A DNA stretch of 64,000 bases from Basidiobolus meristosporus CBS 931.73 (taxonomy: Eukaryota > Fungi > Basidiobolomycota): NCBI GenBank assembly GCA_002104905.1, contig MCFE01000470.1, positions 1 through 64,000 on the forward strand, written 5' to 3'. This document shows, in pieces, positions 62,902 to 64,000 of this stretch. Each line of letters starts with the position of its first letter. The first letter of the stretch is position 1. Under the pieces are notes generated by a model, which worked only from the letters and a program-made list of their open reading frames with translations, was not told where the DNA came from and did not search any database. The translations under genes were made by a program, and so were the position numbers.

Positions 62902-63700
62902 ACCTCAGATACACTACGAAGTGTACATTGAAATCTCAGTTGCCATTTCACTTGTGTCTTGACCAGAGAGACTGGCTTTCGCCCACAAAAGAAATGGGAG
63001 GCTTGAACCAGTAGGGAACAATAGAATGATGAAATCACTTGTCTAGTGCTCAATCAAGCCGAAGTGCCTTCGAGTTCCCAGAACCAATGGAATACGAAAA
63101 TATGAGTAGCTCTCACATATTTGGTTGTGTACTTGGAGTTTAGTGAGGTACAACTACAATGCATTCTGATGCGAATACAGCTGCTCATGGTAACCTTGGA
63201 TGGTGAAGGCCCTGGTGATGCAATTACTAGGCGTTTATATCAGGGAGAATAGGTTGTTGCAGATGGTGATCCACGTAAATTAAGTATGTGAAGCCGAGTG
63301 TGAAGCACCAGCCCAGCCACAATCTTGTATAAGATTAGGGAGTCATCAATAGAGACTCCAACTGATTTGGCATGGTCATCTCGTTGATCGTTACTATGTT
63401 TGACCTTGATCATCAATTGTGTACCTGACATAATCATCTCATCAATCGTGTATTTATTAGTTCTGATCATGACGTTCCTTCGAAACAGTGGGTGATGATG
63501 CAGCTCAGTTATATCCCGCAGTCGTCGTAATCTTTACATTAAGGATCAATCGTTCAAACCGTCGTTGACAAAGATCATACACTGAACCCATGACACTATC
63601 AAGACCAGATTCTGATGCCATAGGGAGTATTGTTCGTGTATAAAAGTCAGTCAAAGATAACATCTACCACATATCATTTCTCTAATAGCTCAAAAACATC

Positions 63701-63886
63701 ATGGAATACGAAGGAAAGAACCCCGGAAATGTTGAAGGAGGATTCAAAGCCGCCGCCCACAATCCCAACGTCTCAGCCGAGAAGCAACAAGAGTCACTAG
63801 AGAAGGCATCCCAGATTCATGAGGAACGTACCGGCAAACCGTTGGAGGGGCAGACCATTGAAAAAGAATCCAAGGATTCAAAATAA
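63701..63886 (+). CDS. con-6: Con-6-like, copy 3 (61 aa)
   Basis: Same motif. TATAAAAG about 60 nt upstream. 3' UTR resembles that of copy 2. Confidence 0.9.
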   Translation: MEYEGKNPGNVEGGFKAAAHNPNVSAEKQQESLEKASQIHEERTGKPLEGQTIEKESKDSK

Positions 63887-64000
63887 AGATCCGATACACT
63901 ACGAAGTGTTCATTGAAAATTCAATTGTCATACTGATGTTAAAGCTCTAGAGGTAGGCCTTTTCCCGCAAAAGAAATGGGAGTCTTGATCGAGTGCGAAC

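Overview
Eukaryotic, almost certainly fungal, DNA: ~50-70 nt GT-AG introns with CTGAC/CTAAC branch sites, Con-6 genes and an acidic ribosomal protein P1. The exact lineage cannot be determined from the sequence. The window has two sharply different compartments. (1) 1 to ~46 kb is a nested, nearly CpG-free transposon graveyard. It holds several copies of a degraded En/Spm (CACTA, Tnp2-type) element with an accessory gene, and these are invaded by Ty1/copia elements, a truncated Ty3/gypsy, at least five solo-LTR families (most with readable target-site duplications), a PIF/Harbinger-type relic, a 730-bp foldback element and an AT-rich island. (2) ~46.3-64 kb is CpG-normal and gene-dense. It holds a predicted GPI-anchored Cys-rich protein, cyclin C divergent from RPP1, a MAPR/cytochrome-b5-like protein, tRNA-Pro(CGG), an intronless HAD phosphatase and three tandem Con-6 genes. 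The most striking feature is an intact Ty3/gypsy element with apparently identical LTRs. It is inserted 10 nt upstream of the tRNA, directly beside the remains of an older relative at the same site, and its 4.35-kb ORF is almost CpG-free while its LTRs are CpG-rich. All alignments, counts and gene models were made by eye; no database searches were run.
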